From NCBI GenBank assembly GCA_965153285.1, contig OZ229115.1: a stretch of DNA of 64,000 nucleotides, one strand, 5' to 3'. Of the stretch, positions 36,134 to 49,872 are shown piece by piece. The translations under genes and the position numbers were made by a program. The stretch is from Podarcis tiliguerta (lineage: Eukaryota). A model generated the notes under the pieces. The model saw only the letters and a program-made list of their open reading frames with translations. It ran no database searches and was not told the DNA's origin. How positions within the stretch are numbered: position 1 is the first letter of the stretch; each line of letters opens with the position of its first letter.

Positions 36134-36374
36134 CAGTGGTACCTCGGTTTACAAACTTAATCCATTCTGGAAGTCTGTTCTTAAACCGAAACCGTTCTTA
36201 AACCAAGGTGCGCTTTCCCTAATGAGGCCTCACACTGCCGTTGCCCTTCCACCGTTCAGATTCCATTCTTAGACAGAGGTAAAGTTTGCAAACCGGGACA
36301 CTATTTCTGGTTTTGCAGAGTTTGTAAACTGAATCGTTCTTAAACCAGACTGTTCTTAATCCAAGGCACCACTG
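36134..36374. mobile_element. Tc1/mariner (Tigger-like) MITE
   Basis: TIRs CAGTGGTACCTCGG...CCAAGGCACCACTG, TA duplications. Confidence 0.88.
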
Positions 36375-37266
36375 TACTACTTAACTCAAACAAAAACTCT
36401 CTAAGTTGCTTACAAAAGACTTTTATTTCCAAAAGTTAGCTAAGAGTGTGATTCCAAGTGAGTTGTAGGTTGGGGTGTGAAGTGACAGATTGTATTCTAT
36501 TTTTAATCCTATGTTGGCTAGCACTGGCAAGGTTGGAGGTGTAAGGACAGACTTGTCTTCTTCTTGGCTCCCAGGGAGCCTTTTCTTTTTTAAAAGAAAT
36601 GGCTTCTAATGGAGAGGGAAATTAGATATACCAGTTCCAGAGTGGCATGGATACAGACCTGATCCTGTCTCGGCCAGTCATACTCTGCCCTTGGAGTGCC
36701 TTGTTTCAGGGCCTAACATTGATTACTGCTAGTGAAAATAGAACTGTGCCTATGGATCTTTCCCACATAACGTCCCCCCTCTCCAATGGAGACATCTTCA
36801 CTGCCATCAGAGGGGCTCCTCCATGCAACCCTAACCCCTTCCATCCATTAGATCTGTGAGTTAGGATTCCCCTTCCCCTTCCTGTCTTTAGAAAGAAAAG
36901 GAACAATATGATTTTATTAGGGTTTTTAAAAATATTAATAATAATAATAATACTTGCAGCAAATAACTGATAAAACCAAAATAAATCCTTAAGTCCCTTC
37001 TTAGTTTAGAAGGCTTCTAATTTATTTGTATATCTGGCTGATATGGATGAGGCATTAGGAATTAGAGGATCAATACAGTTTCATCGTCACAGTTTTGTAA
37101 TACTGGGAAATGCTTTTGATTTTATAGGAAATAGTCAAACTAGCTTAAATTTTAAGCTTGGTAATCTCTAAATCTTGTGATGGGACATTGGAATATTGCT
37201 AGAAGTTCATAACTGGCTGTCTGCTTGACAGGTTCAGACAAGGAGCTGGGTGGCATTTCCTGACAA

Positions 37267-37336
37267 ATGGAGAACTATTTCCAGGCAGAGGCTTTTAACC
37301 TTGATAAGGTTTTAGATGAATTTGAACAAAATGAAG
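37267..37336 (+). CDS. ZFYVE9: ZFYVE9 (SARA) first coding exon (exon 3 starts at 37232)
   Basis: ATG GAG AAC TAT TTC... = MENYFQAEAFNLDKVLDEFEQNE(D), the SARA N-terminus; G|gtgagt. Confidence 0.97.
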
Positions 37337-37853
37337 GTGAGTAACTTTTGTTAGGGCTGGAGATGCAAACTAATATCTGGATCTGTGACTCTGGTTGTAT
37401 TTCTTTGTATTTCCTGTTCCATTGTAACTAACATCTGTTATGCATTTGCTGGGAATAAAAGTCTGAAAAGGATACTGAGAAATCTACAATTTCTTTCTAG
37501 GTAGAAACAGTTAAAATAATTGTCTTTAAAATTTCAGTGATTACCTGAATGATATCCCTGTATTAATTGGGTGTCAAACATTGGCACAATTGCATAGATA
37601 TATAATTCACAGGTGAGAATTGCTTGCAGCTAGAGCTAGTACAGATAAGATTAGCTGTCTGTGCATAAGAAGTAATCAGCTTCCATCCGCTCTTTTGCCA
37701 CCCAGAATGCACATACTTCCAGATCAATCCCCCATTTTACACTAAGTTCAGTGTTACATTTCATTGTGCTCCTAGTTATCACAAGTCTTAACTAGCGTTT
37801 GCAACACTGATTAATTGTCTGTTTCCTATACCTATGACTCTGCTAACTGAAGG

Positions 37854-37911
37854 CTAAAATTTGCACATAATACTAACATAAACTAAAATTTGCACATAAT
37901 ACTAACATAAA
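37854..37911. repeat. Perfect 29-bp tandem duplication
   Basis: CTAAAATTTGCACATAATACTAACATAAA twice. Confidence 0.9.
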
Positions 37912-40900
37912 CTGTGGCTTAGCACAAATGAGCAAATGTGTGGGTCCAGGGGATTGTGACCACTGCCGTTTTTCCCTGCTCCTGCTGCCACTGCGCTACC
38001 CAGGACTAAGCCATAGTTCGGCTTAGCCTTGCATTTGAACCCAGGCTCATGGTCTCTCTCTCCTCCAGATGAACCAGGAGTGGTAAACCAAGAACAAATA
38101 TTGGTTACAGCTTGTTGTTTGTGTTAGCATTTGGATTACATCACAAAGTAATAATAGTAAACTCCCTGAGTAATCACAAATAACTAGGGGGGAATTCAGC
38201 TTCACGCTGTTACAAATGTTCCATCTGTACAAGCGTATCAGTTTCCCAGATGGAATGATCCCTTGCTCTTGTGTGCATGTTTTGGGGATTCTCCCAACCC
38301 CTTGAGCAACCCCTTATAGATATTGCATGTGTTGGAGGGGAAAGCCCTGTTGTGGAAGCCTTCCTCTAATGGGGTTTGGTAGGTGTATTCCTCCCTAGGT
38401 TCTGTGGCTTGTTGTAGGAATACAAGATCTTATTAACTTACTAACTACATTACTAAATGTGTACATTGAGGAGGGAGAAGAAAAAATGGCATTCACACAA
38501 TACCGAAACATCAAACATGTTTTGTAAAATTAAATTCCCAAGTGCTTTGTTTGTCTGTGATTGCTGTATTCCCTGTTACGTGATTTGTATGTAGCTAAGT
38601 CACTTTCCCCCTTATGCTATGCTAGTTCACTGTTCTGTTGTGAATGCCTGCTAAAACATGGATAGGATTTATCATTGTATAATTTGTACAAGTAGGGCAT
38701 TCTCTGGCATGAAAAGTGTAACAATGGAAACAGGGAAACCCAAAAAGAGCTTGGCTGGATTAGATGAAAGGTCTGTCAAGTTCAGCATCCTGTTTCTCAC
38801 ATAAACCAAAGAGGTGCCTTTGGGGAGATTATAAGTAGGCTATTTCCACTCCCACTTTTTCTCCCCAAGACCTAGTAATGTGGTATACTGCTTCCAGACA
38901 TGGAGGCTTCATATAGTCATCATAACTAATAGGCATTGTTAGACTAATTGATGGAAGGTCTAATCCCATTTTTAAAGCCATCACAGCTAATGGTCATCTT
39001 GTGGCACCACATGCCATTAATAAATAAATAGCTTTTCTAAGGAAAAACACAACCTTTGGTGTTTAATGACTCCAACTACAGAAGCAATCAAAGTGCTATT
39101 TGAGAGTTAATGTGATTTGGTTACCTTTTTTGGCCAACATTTATTCGCTAGTTGGGCTGATAGAAATTGCTTTCTTAGGGCTTGTCCACGCTGTAGTGTT
39201 CTTCTGAGAAACGAAAATAGTTTTAGTCTGTGGGTATAACTCATAGACTAATTGCTTTCCTGAGTGGTTTCCCTTTTTATGGTGCTAAATGATGTATTTG
39301 CAAAAAGCAGATATGATTCCTGGATTGCTGTTTGAGAAAGCACTGCAGCAGCCTGAAGGGCGGATGCTGGAGGAAGGACGGTTGGAGAGGCAAAAAGCAG
39401 CACCTTTTGGGGAGTGTGAGAACTAAATTTTGAGAGGGTTTTTGCTTTTGCTGTTGCTGGCATTGAGCATTGTGTGCCAAGAAGATATCATCGTCAGCCA
39501 CATGTGGCTGAATTGGGTGAATCTGTCTCTTTATCCAGCCGTTCTTCAGTGGGTGGAGAAGTTGCAGTTCTTCATTTATTATTATTTTTTATATTTACTA
39601 AATTGCATACTGCCCTTCATCCACCGATCTCAGGGTAGTTCACCTGAATGCTGTAGTGACAGATTTTGCTCCCCAGAAAGGGTCTCTGCTTCCTCCCCAG
39701 TCACTACTGCAGCTGAAGAGTTCTTAAAACACTCACCACCTTAAACTGGTATAGCACTGCAAATTTGTTACCATATGAATACCAAAATAGTTTTGATTGG
39801 TTTATGTTTGTGTGCATTGTGTGCATACTTTGATGAAGTATTTATATTTTGGCCATGGTTTAGATTGCAAACTGGCAGCCAAGCTAGATGATATTAGAAA
39901 TGCATGTTCTCCTTTAATGTGGCCTGCTTTAAAAAAATTAATTGGGGGGGGGGGTGGAGGGTGTGTGAACCCTCCACTGCTATTTGCCCTGAGGGAGAAG
40001 CTGCCATTGGTGACAGTGGCAACTTTCCTTTCTGGTAAATAGCAGCATCTGTATCGTGTGTATAAAAAGAACCATGGTGCGGGGGAAAGGGTCAAACTCC
40101 AGTTTTTAAGCATTGTAGCTCCAGTCCTGATGAGCTTCTTAATGTTTGCTATTCCTCCCTCCCAAAAAAAGACATGTGAAATGCGACCATGCATTTCTCA
40201 TTTTGTCTAGTTTTAGCCAGAACAGCATATACAGTTGGCAGCAGTATATTAACTAATGGACTTTCTGTGCTTGGGCCCTATTACCTCTACAGAGATTTTC
40301 AGTATAGTATGTGATTTTTTTTTTATTATATGTGGAACAAACATGCATTTATTTAATTTTACATGATCTCTGTTTTGATTTTGGCAAGTGGAGAATGTAT
40401 AAAGCAGTTTATTCTAGTGTTTCCGCAGTGTTCCTAAGCTATATAGTTATGTAAAACACTTAAGAATTGCTATACAGTTAACAATGCCATCTACAAAGGG
40501 AACAGTAAATAGAAATGCTTTTGCTTCCACAATATTTTTCAGTATAAGAAGCGATTTGCAATTATTTTAATCTCATTTATTCTTACGATAATTCTGTGAA
40601 GTTAGCTAAAGCTGCAAGATGATGTCTTGCCCAAGGTCACCCAATTAGCTTTAAGATTAAACAGGAATTTCAATGTGCTTTTGAGTCTCCAAAATTGACA
40701 TTCAGTTCAGTTTGCTGTGCTATATTGTCCCCAGCGTCTTTGAATAACTTATATGATGTCAATTCTTGTTTGGGTTTTACATGTTTGTCTTAATTAATGC
40801 TGTTGTTTTCTACTTCCTCTGGTTTGCAGCTAAATATATCAATCAAGATGTTAAGATTACGTATTCCCATAAAATGTGTATTATAAAGAAATATTTCTGT

Positions 40901-41444
40901 TCCAGGCCTTAGAGACTAATCAAAACCAGAAATCTAACTTGGGAGCCAAACTGATAATCTAGAGAAATGTATGACTGCATTTTCATCTTTTTGAATTTGA
41001 TTTAAAAAAGTAGCAGTTGTGGGAGTACCTAATCTGCATTGGGTCTCCAGCACAGGGTAAGGAATATTTTAATACTTTGTCTCTGTGCTTTTTTCCTCAC
41101 AAAATTTCTCCCTTAAGCTACTATTCACTCTGGAATGAAAAACATATGACACCCATTTGTGTGTTCTTCTAGGGCAAATAGCAACTTATGGGTGGTTTTC
41201 ATTGGGAAACTTCAAGAGGTAAAGTGTTAAACCAACCTACACTGTGGTTCTGATTTAGACTGAAACCTTTGTGACTGTAGAACTGCATACATTTCAAAAG
41301 ATGGAAATACAGTAATTTTCATGCAAACTGGGATCTTGTCTGATCCTGGGTTTAAGCTAGTTTAACTATAATTGCTTCTTGCAAAATAAGATAATAATTA
41401 TTGTTACGCAATACACTTGTAATGTAGTACCCACACAGGAGTGA

Positions 41445-41515
41445 AGGATTGCTGCACTTCAGGGGGTTGGACTAGATGGCTCTCGTGGTTCCTTCCAACT
41501 CTGTAATTCTGTGGT
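41445..41515 (+). mobile_element. CR1-type 3' end fragment
   Basis: GGGGGTTGGACTAGATG...CCTTCCAACTCTGTAATTCTGTG. Confidence 0.75.
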
Positions 41516-41535
41516 CTACAGTTCTTGGAATAGTA

Positions 41536-41802
41536 GCGTATTGACCCGAATATAAGCCACACCCGAATAAAAGCCGCATCTTTAAAATTCATGGGGGGGG
41601 GGGAGAAAAGATAATACCTGAATATAAGCTGCTCCCTTAAAATTCTGCAGGCATTCACACCCATTCCATTTTACCATATGTCTGTTTCAGTAGCAATATC
41701 ATAAAAGCCAATTTTTGTAAGGTTGCAAATTTAAGCCACACTTTAAACTTTTCACGGACAGAATTTGGAAAAAAAGTGAGGCTTATATTCAGGCCAATAC
41801 AG
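41536..41802. mobile_element. Mariner-type MITE
   Basis: TIRs CGTATTGACCCGAATATAAGCC...GGCTTATATTCAGGCCAATACAG, TA flanks. Confidence 0.85.
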
Positions 41803-41909
41803 TATTATGTATTTTCCTTTGATATACAAACATTTGAACTTCTTGTGCAAAGTACAAGTTACATATGCTGAATTTATTGCATATTGATTTAAGTTACTTA
41901 TCTTTTCAG

Positions 41910-43984
41910 ATGAAGCCATTTCACCTACTTTGTTGGATGCAAAGTGGAATAAGATCCTAGATCCTCCTTCCCATCGGCTGTCTTTTAACCCAGCTCTGGC
42001 CAACGTGAATGAATCCACAATTCCTAATGAGTGTCCACAAAAGTTGAAGTCATTCTCCCTGTCTCAGTTAGCCACTGCATCAACAGGAGGAGATTGCTGT
42101 TCTAATGGAAAGAATCTTAATATAAGACAAGAAAGCCCAAACATGTGGATTGATGATCAGGCAGCAACAGATGATCATCAGCTAGTTAAGAGAAATAGCA
42201 ATCGAAATGCCCTGTACAATTTGATGGATGAAGAAGGAAGGAAAAAGAAACCAGAGGAAAAAAACGTTCTTGTAGTAGCAGTCATGCATAACTGTGACAA
42301 AAAAGGACTGCAAAGTGATTTGTTAGATTGTAGAAATTACAGCAATTCCCCCAGAATGGATACTGTTAGCTTTACACTGGATAACGAAACCCAACAAACT
42401 GATCACATTGATGTTACTGTAAACGGGTCCATTGAAAAAGATTCAGATACTGAAAAAGATGCAGTACAAGCAAACAGGCTACCTGCAGAAGAAGATTTTT
42501 TCAACCATTGTAGTGTTGCTGCTTCTGCCTGCTTATCCAGTGGATATTCTTCTCGGTTAAAGGAGAATGATAATTCAAATAAAGACCTTCATTTCTCAGA
42601 AACTGCAGCAGCAGGGATGAATGTAATTACATTGCAGAGGCCACTTGGCCCTAGTGTTAAAATACAGCAAAGCTGTGCATCAGGTGAGGGTTTTGATACT
42701 GATGCTGTTGCTCAGCTGGAAACTAGAAACTGTTTACCTAGTTCACGTAATGGTGGTTTCTCCACAGAGGTTTCTGTTGCAGAACCAGCAGCCCAGCCAT
42801 TTCAGTCAGGGATATGTGAGGTCTCTGCAACTTGCCAGCCAAATACGCTTGAAAGTGGTAATCACGGTGAAAGTTCTGACAGACATTTGGCCTCTATGGA
42901 TGTTGGTGCTGCTGACAATGAAGCTGAAAAATATGAAAAAATACTCAGCTCAACTGAATTGCTCAGCACGGCAGTTTGTTTATCAGAATCTCAGGAGATG
43001 GCAAATGGGGAACTGACTAAAGAAAATCAGATCAGTAATGAGCAAACACCTGGGGAGGATGAAACACTGTTGCATGCAGCAAAGCGGGAGGAAGCATGTA
43101 GTAGTAATGGAGATAGCAGCGATGGCATGACAGTAGCAAGTCAGGACTTAAAGGGAGCATATATGGATGAGTTTGAAGATTCCAGCCCCACTGATGTCAT
43201 GAGTACATCGGCATCAAGTGCTCTGCTCAATTGTTGTGATTCCTATGGAATACAGAACCCAATTCTTGCTCATATTCCAAAGACTTTACCCTCCAAGGAA
43301 GACTCAGTGACTGAGGAAAAGGAGATAGAGGAGAGCAAATCAGAATGTTACAATAATGTTTATGAACAAAGAGGAAATGAGGCCACAGAGAGAAGTGGGC
43401 TCATTTTGAACTGCACTGGTGACCAAATTAAAAAAAAACATTTACATAATCTCTGCAGTCAGGTACCATCCGAAACAAGTCAAGCATCACCAAAACAAGC
43501 AGGTAGTCTGCAACCTCTCAGTGTTCCTTTTGGTGGTGCCCGACCCAAACAGCCTACAAATCTTAAACTACAAATTCCAAAGCCATTATCGGACCATTTA
43601 CAAAATGATCTGGTTCCCCCAAACTGTGGAGGAAACAGTAAAAACAAAAATGATGTATCTGGAAAAGTAAAAGTAGGTGAAAACATAGCAAATGTATTTT
43701 CTGATGAAACATCACTGAGTGCATCAGTCACAGATATTGGCGGGGAACATTCTGATGATTATAAGTCTGGGGTTTCTAGTAGTTCGTGCCTTGCAGCAGC
43801 TTCAGATAGTCCGGACAACGACCTTGGAGCTGGCCAGTTTGGAGTTCCTACAAGAAAGCCATTTACTACTTTGGGCGAAGTGGCTCCGGTCTGGGTTCCA
43901 GATTCTCAAGCACCAAACTGCATGAAATGTGAGGCCAGATTTACATTCACTAAAAGGCGACACCATTGCAGAGCCTGTGGGAAG
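41910..43984 (+). CDS. ZFYVE9: ZFYVE9 large exon 4 (disordered N-terminal region and first half of FYVE domain)
   Basis: 2075-nt open exon; ends with [31 protein letters not shown] (WxxD and RRHHCR FYVE motifs); ttttcag| and |gtatgt. Confidence 0.98.
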
Positions 43985-46900
43985 GTATGTTTATATTTAA
44001 TGAAATATTTTCACAAATGATTGAAGCCACAGAATTGAGGGGATATTTTTAGTAAGCATTTTGTATTTTTTAGCAAATCAAGGTTAGATATCTATTTATT
44101 TTAATGGCTATTGAAAATAACATGAGTGTTAAAGGTATTATTAATTGTTATTTTTGCGTCAAGCTAGAAAACAATTGTACACCCCAAATAAATAACTTTT
44201 TGAATCTTATGGGGTCCCCCCCAGCACACTTTGTGATTAAGTACAGGCAGAAGCAGAGCTGCAGCACTAGGTTTCTGGCAGAGGTGTTGTTGCTGCAGCT
44301 TACTGGGAGGTAGTGGAGCAAGGTGACAGAGAGGTCAGTGTGGCTCAACTGGCGGGAATGCCGGATTGGCTTTGCCAGTGTGGACGCACCACACCAACTT
44401 CTGTGATGCCTCGTACCTTGGCTTCCTCCTCCTGATAAGTAGCAGCATCAGCAGCCCAGCTGATGGGAATCTAGGGTGCTGCTCTGCCCCACTGGGTAAA
44501 CCACTTTTCACTATAGGCTGCTTGTCGTGGTGAGTGTGGCATCACATTCTGGCAAGAGTAATAAACAGCCAACCTTCACCCAAGCTTTCAAGCAGTGGGG
44601 TGGTCCATGATGAGAGGTTGGGAGGTGGTTTGGCAGCTGGTGAGCCTGACCATGGAGACCAAATTGGCAACCCTTCTGCTGGCCTTTCCTACTCCGGATC
44701 AGAAAGGGTGAAAGCAGAGGGAGAGGGAAAGAGGTGTCTTCAGGCAGCGGCTGTTCCCTGACTTGCCTTTTCCTTTTTAAGTAGAGAGTTGTATGTAGTT
44801 CTCTAAAGGCGCTTGCCATGCTTTCAAGCCATTGCTGCAAGCAGTAAGCAATCTCTGCCCTGAATGTTTGATCAGCCAAAAATTAACTGATTTGCTTGTT
44901 ATTTCATACATTTGTGGTATCACTATTAGAAGACTCTAGGGTGGAGAGGGAATGTTGTGATAGCTAAAAATACATGATGTTGGTAATGGGTAAAGCACTT
45001 CTCTGTACAAGTGCTTCTTATACAGGTTGGACCATTTTACAAGTGTTTTTGGCACACATCAGTAGAAATAAGTCCACAAACAATATGTTCCCACAAAATC
45101 TTTATATCCCACCTGCCTTCATGTAACTAACTCATTAGCAGATTTAGAGATGATGAAAAATATTTTCTGTTTGGTTGCCTGAAAGGAATGCTGACTTAGC
45201 ATAAGTGACCAAACAAAAAGTCATTCGTAAGCCTGGTTTTGTATCATGTTCTCCGGTTTTCAGCTGAAAAAATACCAATATTTTGTTTTTTAAATATTCC
45301 TGAGAAATAAGTAAATGTGTGGCATTTAGGATTTCTGTGCTTTCATTTTAAATTGGATGTAAAATAAGCCTGATATCTTGGGGCCTTATAAAAATACAGA
45401 CTTGAATATTGTTCTCAGCTAAGACAAGGTAAAGTAGAATTAAGTGAATAAAAGATCTGTAATCACCACAGCTGTGCATGGTGCTGTAGAAATGGAAGTG
45501 TTTTCTTTAGCAATTATCCATTTTATTTATCAAAGAAAGCACAGGGGCTTTTCTTTCAGTGGGATTCCTGCTTGTAGTAAAACGTTAGGCCTTTTTAAAC
45601 CATTTAACTGTAATAGACACCTCTTTCTTCCCATTTGAAACTTGTTTTCCACTGAGAGCCCCTTCAGGCTGGTGTTTTATCACAGGTTTATTCTGCAACG
45701 CATCCTTGGCACAATAAGAGTGCAAAAGTGGTGGATTTATTTTGCTTAAATTTGTTCTGTGATGCTGCCCCAGTGCTGCCTCATTATTGTTGTAACAACA
45801 ATTGTGCAACAAAACCAGAACGTTTGCGGTATAAAAAGTAATAGGGTTTTAGCAGACAGTTACAGGATATACACTGGTTGAAAATGAAGAAATGTGGCTG
45901 CCCCAAAACCTTTGCAGGTACAAACAGTATTGAAAGTGGGATTGCATGTCACTGCCCTGATAGCACCACTGTAGTTTATTGCTGTATAAGAACCTCTCTC
46001 TCCCTTAATATTTCATGCTGATGCACAAATTGGTATAGGTAATAATCACCATAATACCCAACACTATGCTGATGTTTTCCTTTACATGAAGCATTTTGGC
46101 ATTGCTTTATTTACAGTTCATTTCCTCTGGGCAGCAGATTTTTCATTGACCTTGACTTTGTTTGAATAAGCATTACTGTATCCAGTGTAATACTCTTTTT
46201 CTCCAGTGAATAAGTTACATAAGAACTTGCACCTCACTGAATTCAACTTTAGCAAAGATTGTCCTGAACATGGGTTAAAAAAAGATATAACAATTGATTT
46301 GGGGAGATCCTCTGTAGAGATTAGGCCAGTTTGTATTTTTCTTTCTCAGTGAGATAATGAGGGAAGAGACATCTTCTATACATGTTACAAGAATTTTCAA
46401 CAATTAATCTAAAGTTTTCATTTCTGTGAAAGGATTATTGTTAAATATTTGGTTTGTTTAATGTAGTTGGGATGTTTGGAATAGTAAATTATGAATGAAA
46501 AGTTAATATTTCATTTCCCAGCTTAGGGCACTGATTTTTTTCATAAATTTAAATTTCCATCCTAGTCTACTGTTGAGCTGAATTTTCCAGCAACAACCCC
46601 TCCATGAGTGTAGAAATATAAAATATTGTATGTTTTTTTGGAGTGTGGAAAATTTCATTCAAAGTTGAGCGGCTGTTTAATTTTTCATTAAATATATATT
46701 GTTAGATCACAGGAAGGAAAGAGTACAAGAACCTCATTAGAAACTGAAATGCTACTGTCTATGCAATATAAGGCAATAACTAATAGGACAAAACCAGCCT
46801 TACTTCCTGAATTAAAACCAGGAGCTATTTTTGGTGCATTTTGACTATGCTTGAGTATATTTGCTGTTTGATAAAGGTGAAGTAAAGCTTGGCCACTATG

Positions 46901-47413
46901 AAACTAAATGTTGATTGGCTAACTGTTTCAGTGTAGGTGCCTTGAGACCTCAACACAGAGTTGAGGGCAAGTGTGTTCAGACCTCTAATGACTTTATTTT
47001 ATGAAGTGGGAAAGTGGCCAAGGTTATAAAGACTGTAATATTTTGATATTCTGCATAGGATGATCACCTGCATACCACAATATTAACTCAGACATTTCCT
47101 GTTTTCAGCATAATCAAATAATGTGAATAATGGGTGCCTCTAGTTTTATTATATCCCATTATGTTATATTCTGTCTTCTCAATATAAATCCCGTAACTCA
47201 TCACAAGACAGGAATATTGTACTAAGGTTGTTTTGGTTTGTTGTTGTTGTTGGGGTTTTTTTTGGGGGGGGGTCATTCTAGCACTTTTCCTGTAGGATGA
47301 GGATAAAGCAGCACTGGTGAGTGTTAGCTATATAGGTACAGAATTCAATCTGAAAACTTGTAGTTATAAAAGAGTGCTAAGTGACTGAATATATTTTTCC
47401 TATTTTACTTAAG

Positions 47414-47513
47414 GTCTTCTGTGCAGCCTGCTGCAGTCTAAAATGCAAACTGCTATATATGGACAGAAAGGAAGCCAGAGTGTGTGTAATTTGCCATTCG
47501 GTCCTAATGAATG
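47414..47513 (+). CDS. ZFYVE9: ZFYVE9 exon 5 (second half of FYVE domain)
   Basis: VFCAACCSLKCKLLYMDRKEARVCVICHSVLMN with RVC motif; 100 nt. Confidence 0.98.
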
Positions 47514-49872
47514 GTAAGTAACAGGATAGGAACCAAATGTAAGTTCCACTAACATTGTGCTGTACAGAACCAACCATGTATATGAGAAGGATAAATAATG
47601 TGGCCTAGTGCATTTTGTTTCCCTACTGGAAATGATTTCAATATGGATAATTATTTTCTAAAGTGATGTCCCAATCTAAAGCCTATCTGTACTCATGAGC
47701 TATTTCAAAACTAACCTGTTTCCACAATGCCTGATTAATAGAAGAAACTAGGCAGGCTCAATGTTTGTGCATGGAGTTTGATTGATCTGGATCCCATCAG
47801 AGCTTTAAATAGTGTCAGATGACTTGAACTCACTTTTCCAGGTAGAAATCCGTGCACCTCCTATACAAGTAGAGGTAGGTGTACGGTTTGTTGCGATTTA
47901 ATCTTCTATCCCAAAACAGTGTTCCTGGTTGTGGAAACTCCTTTTGAGCACACAAAAACACAGTAAATCTTGCTTTCATGACTTAGAAGATGAGAGAGAA
48001 TAAACGCTTGCAAGTGATTTATGTAAGGCAGTGATCTTGACAGTAGCTCCAGACATTTTGTGCCTCGTACATTACATTTTTGGTGCCTGAAAAGATGTCT
48101 GGCCTAAAAAGCTGAGTATATAAGCTCAGAAATGTCACTTCTTATCTGTCTCAAAAGGATTCTAAGAATTATGTTGTTAAAATTTGTACTGCGTTTTGAC
48201 AATGAGCTACCGCAGTTTAAGTGCAGTGCTATTTAAAGCATTAAATATTAACATCTCTCCCTATAGGCTGATAGAAATGTGACAGGAAATGGTGGGTTTA
48301 TTGCAACTATGAATTAAAAAGTAGTGACTAAAGTGACATTGATTTTTGAGGACAAGAAATATTATTCTCTGAGAAGAGGGGGGAGTTGCATAGGAAGCTG
48401 CATTATTTCAAGTCAGACAAGTGGTCTATCACACACAGTGTCATCTGATTGAGGAGCAGCAGCTCTGCAGGCCTTCAGGCAGGTGACATTTCCAGTCCTT
48501 CTTGGAGATGGCAGTGATCGAACCTGGAACCTTCTGCTTACAGGGCAGATGCTTTACCACTGAGCTAAGCCCTTCTTAAGGATGCCCTGAGTGTATGTCG
48601 TGAAACACCCTTGCTTTTGTAACAAAGGTAGCTGACTCCAATCAGTTAATGCATAATACTTTTGGGTTGTACTTGTGCAAGGTTGGAACCTGATATAGGT
48701 TCATTTGTATCTGAACGTCTTTTCTTAACAAAGTCTAATAAAATTAATTGAGCTGTAATTTCCCTTCAGAAGCCTTTCCTTTCCATTACTCATTAGTGAT
48801 GGGAAAGAAAAAGTATTTATAAGAGGGTCCACATTGCCTGTAGGTGCATGTATTTCTGTGCCTGGAACCAAGCTGCATCTGTGTTCTATGAAGTTGCAGT
48901 GGTAGGTGATGCTGCTGTTTTCCTGTTGTTTGTCAGTTAGTTACTTTGGTGTATCTGGGTACAGTACAACAAGTACTTCATCGTTCTTTGCTTCAGGAGG
49001 CTGAAGTAGTGATTGTTCAATTGGTGGCTGACTTGTGGGAATGTTGAAGTGGATGGGGTGGAATAGAGAAGTGTGGTGTTTGTGTTTTGGTGCTCATCTA
49101 CTTAACAGATCTACTTAACAGTCCCAGACATGTTCCTATTTTAAAAAAAAAAATCATTTCCAGACAATTCATAAAGATTGTAAAGGAAAGTTGGATGGGA
49201 ATCCCTTTTACAGTGGTTATATTTTTTTCATACCACAGAGGCCCAAGAGGAGATAAGATCAGACTCTTGAATATGCCACCACCTTTTAGGTATCCTTTGA
49301 AGCTCTAGGCTGAGTCGGTATTTTGTAGTAAAAATATTTTTCCAGTATTAATAATTTCAATAATCATATTTCTCAGTTACACAACATTTGATGCTAAAGG
49401 TGCCAACTATTCAGTGGAATTCGTCTAATATTTTGAGATTCGTCTTTATTTTTGCTTTTTGACTTTGTTAAAGTTATAATCTAGTTCTGTGCTTTCCTGA
49501 GCATGGAGTACTGAGCTATTGGCATAAGTGGACAGCTCCACGATCTCTGCCAATCACCCAGAGGGCATCCAAGGAGCAGCCCTGTCCCAGTAGTGCTGAT
49601 GAAAAAAACCCAGTATGGATGTGAGCATGAAATATTTTAGAAAAGGCAGAGCTGTCTACATTGCCTCCTTCAGATTGCTACTTCATCTTAGGGAGCAGAG
49701 GCAGATGTTTAGACCACACCTGGACAGGTTCAGGACTTATAATTGCATAAATATATTTTCTGATGAAGGAAAAGAGTCATTAATCTGATATATCGCAAAG
49801 CTTAGGATTGCAGTGGTTGCATGATTTTTCTGGTGTACTGATTGCCTTTTTGTGTGTTTTGTGTTTCCTTAG

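Noticed and set aside
42645-43731. Alternative-frame and antisense ORFs inside ZFYVE9 exon 4
   Set aside because: Mostly non-ATG starts, lengths expected by chance in a 2-kb exon, no recognisable motif.
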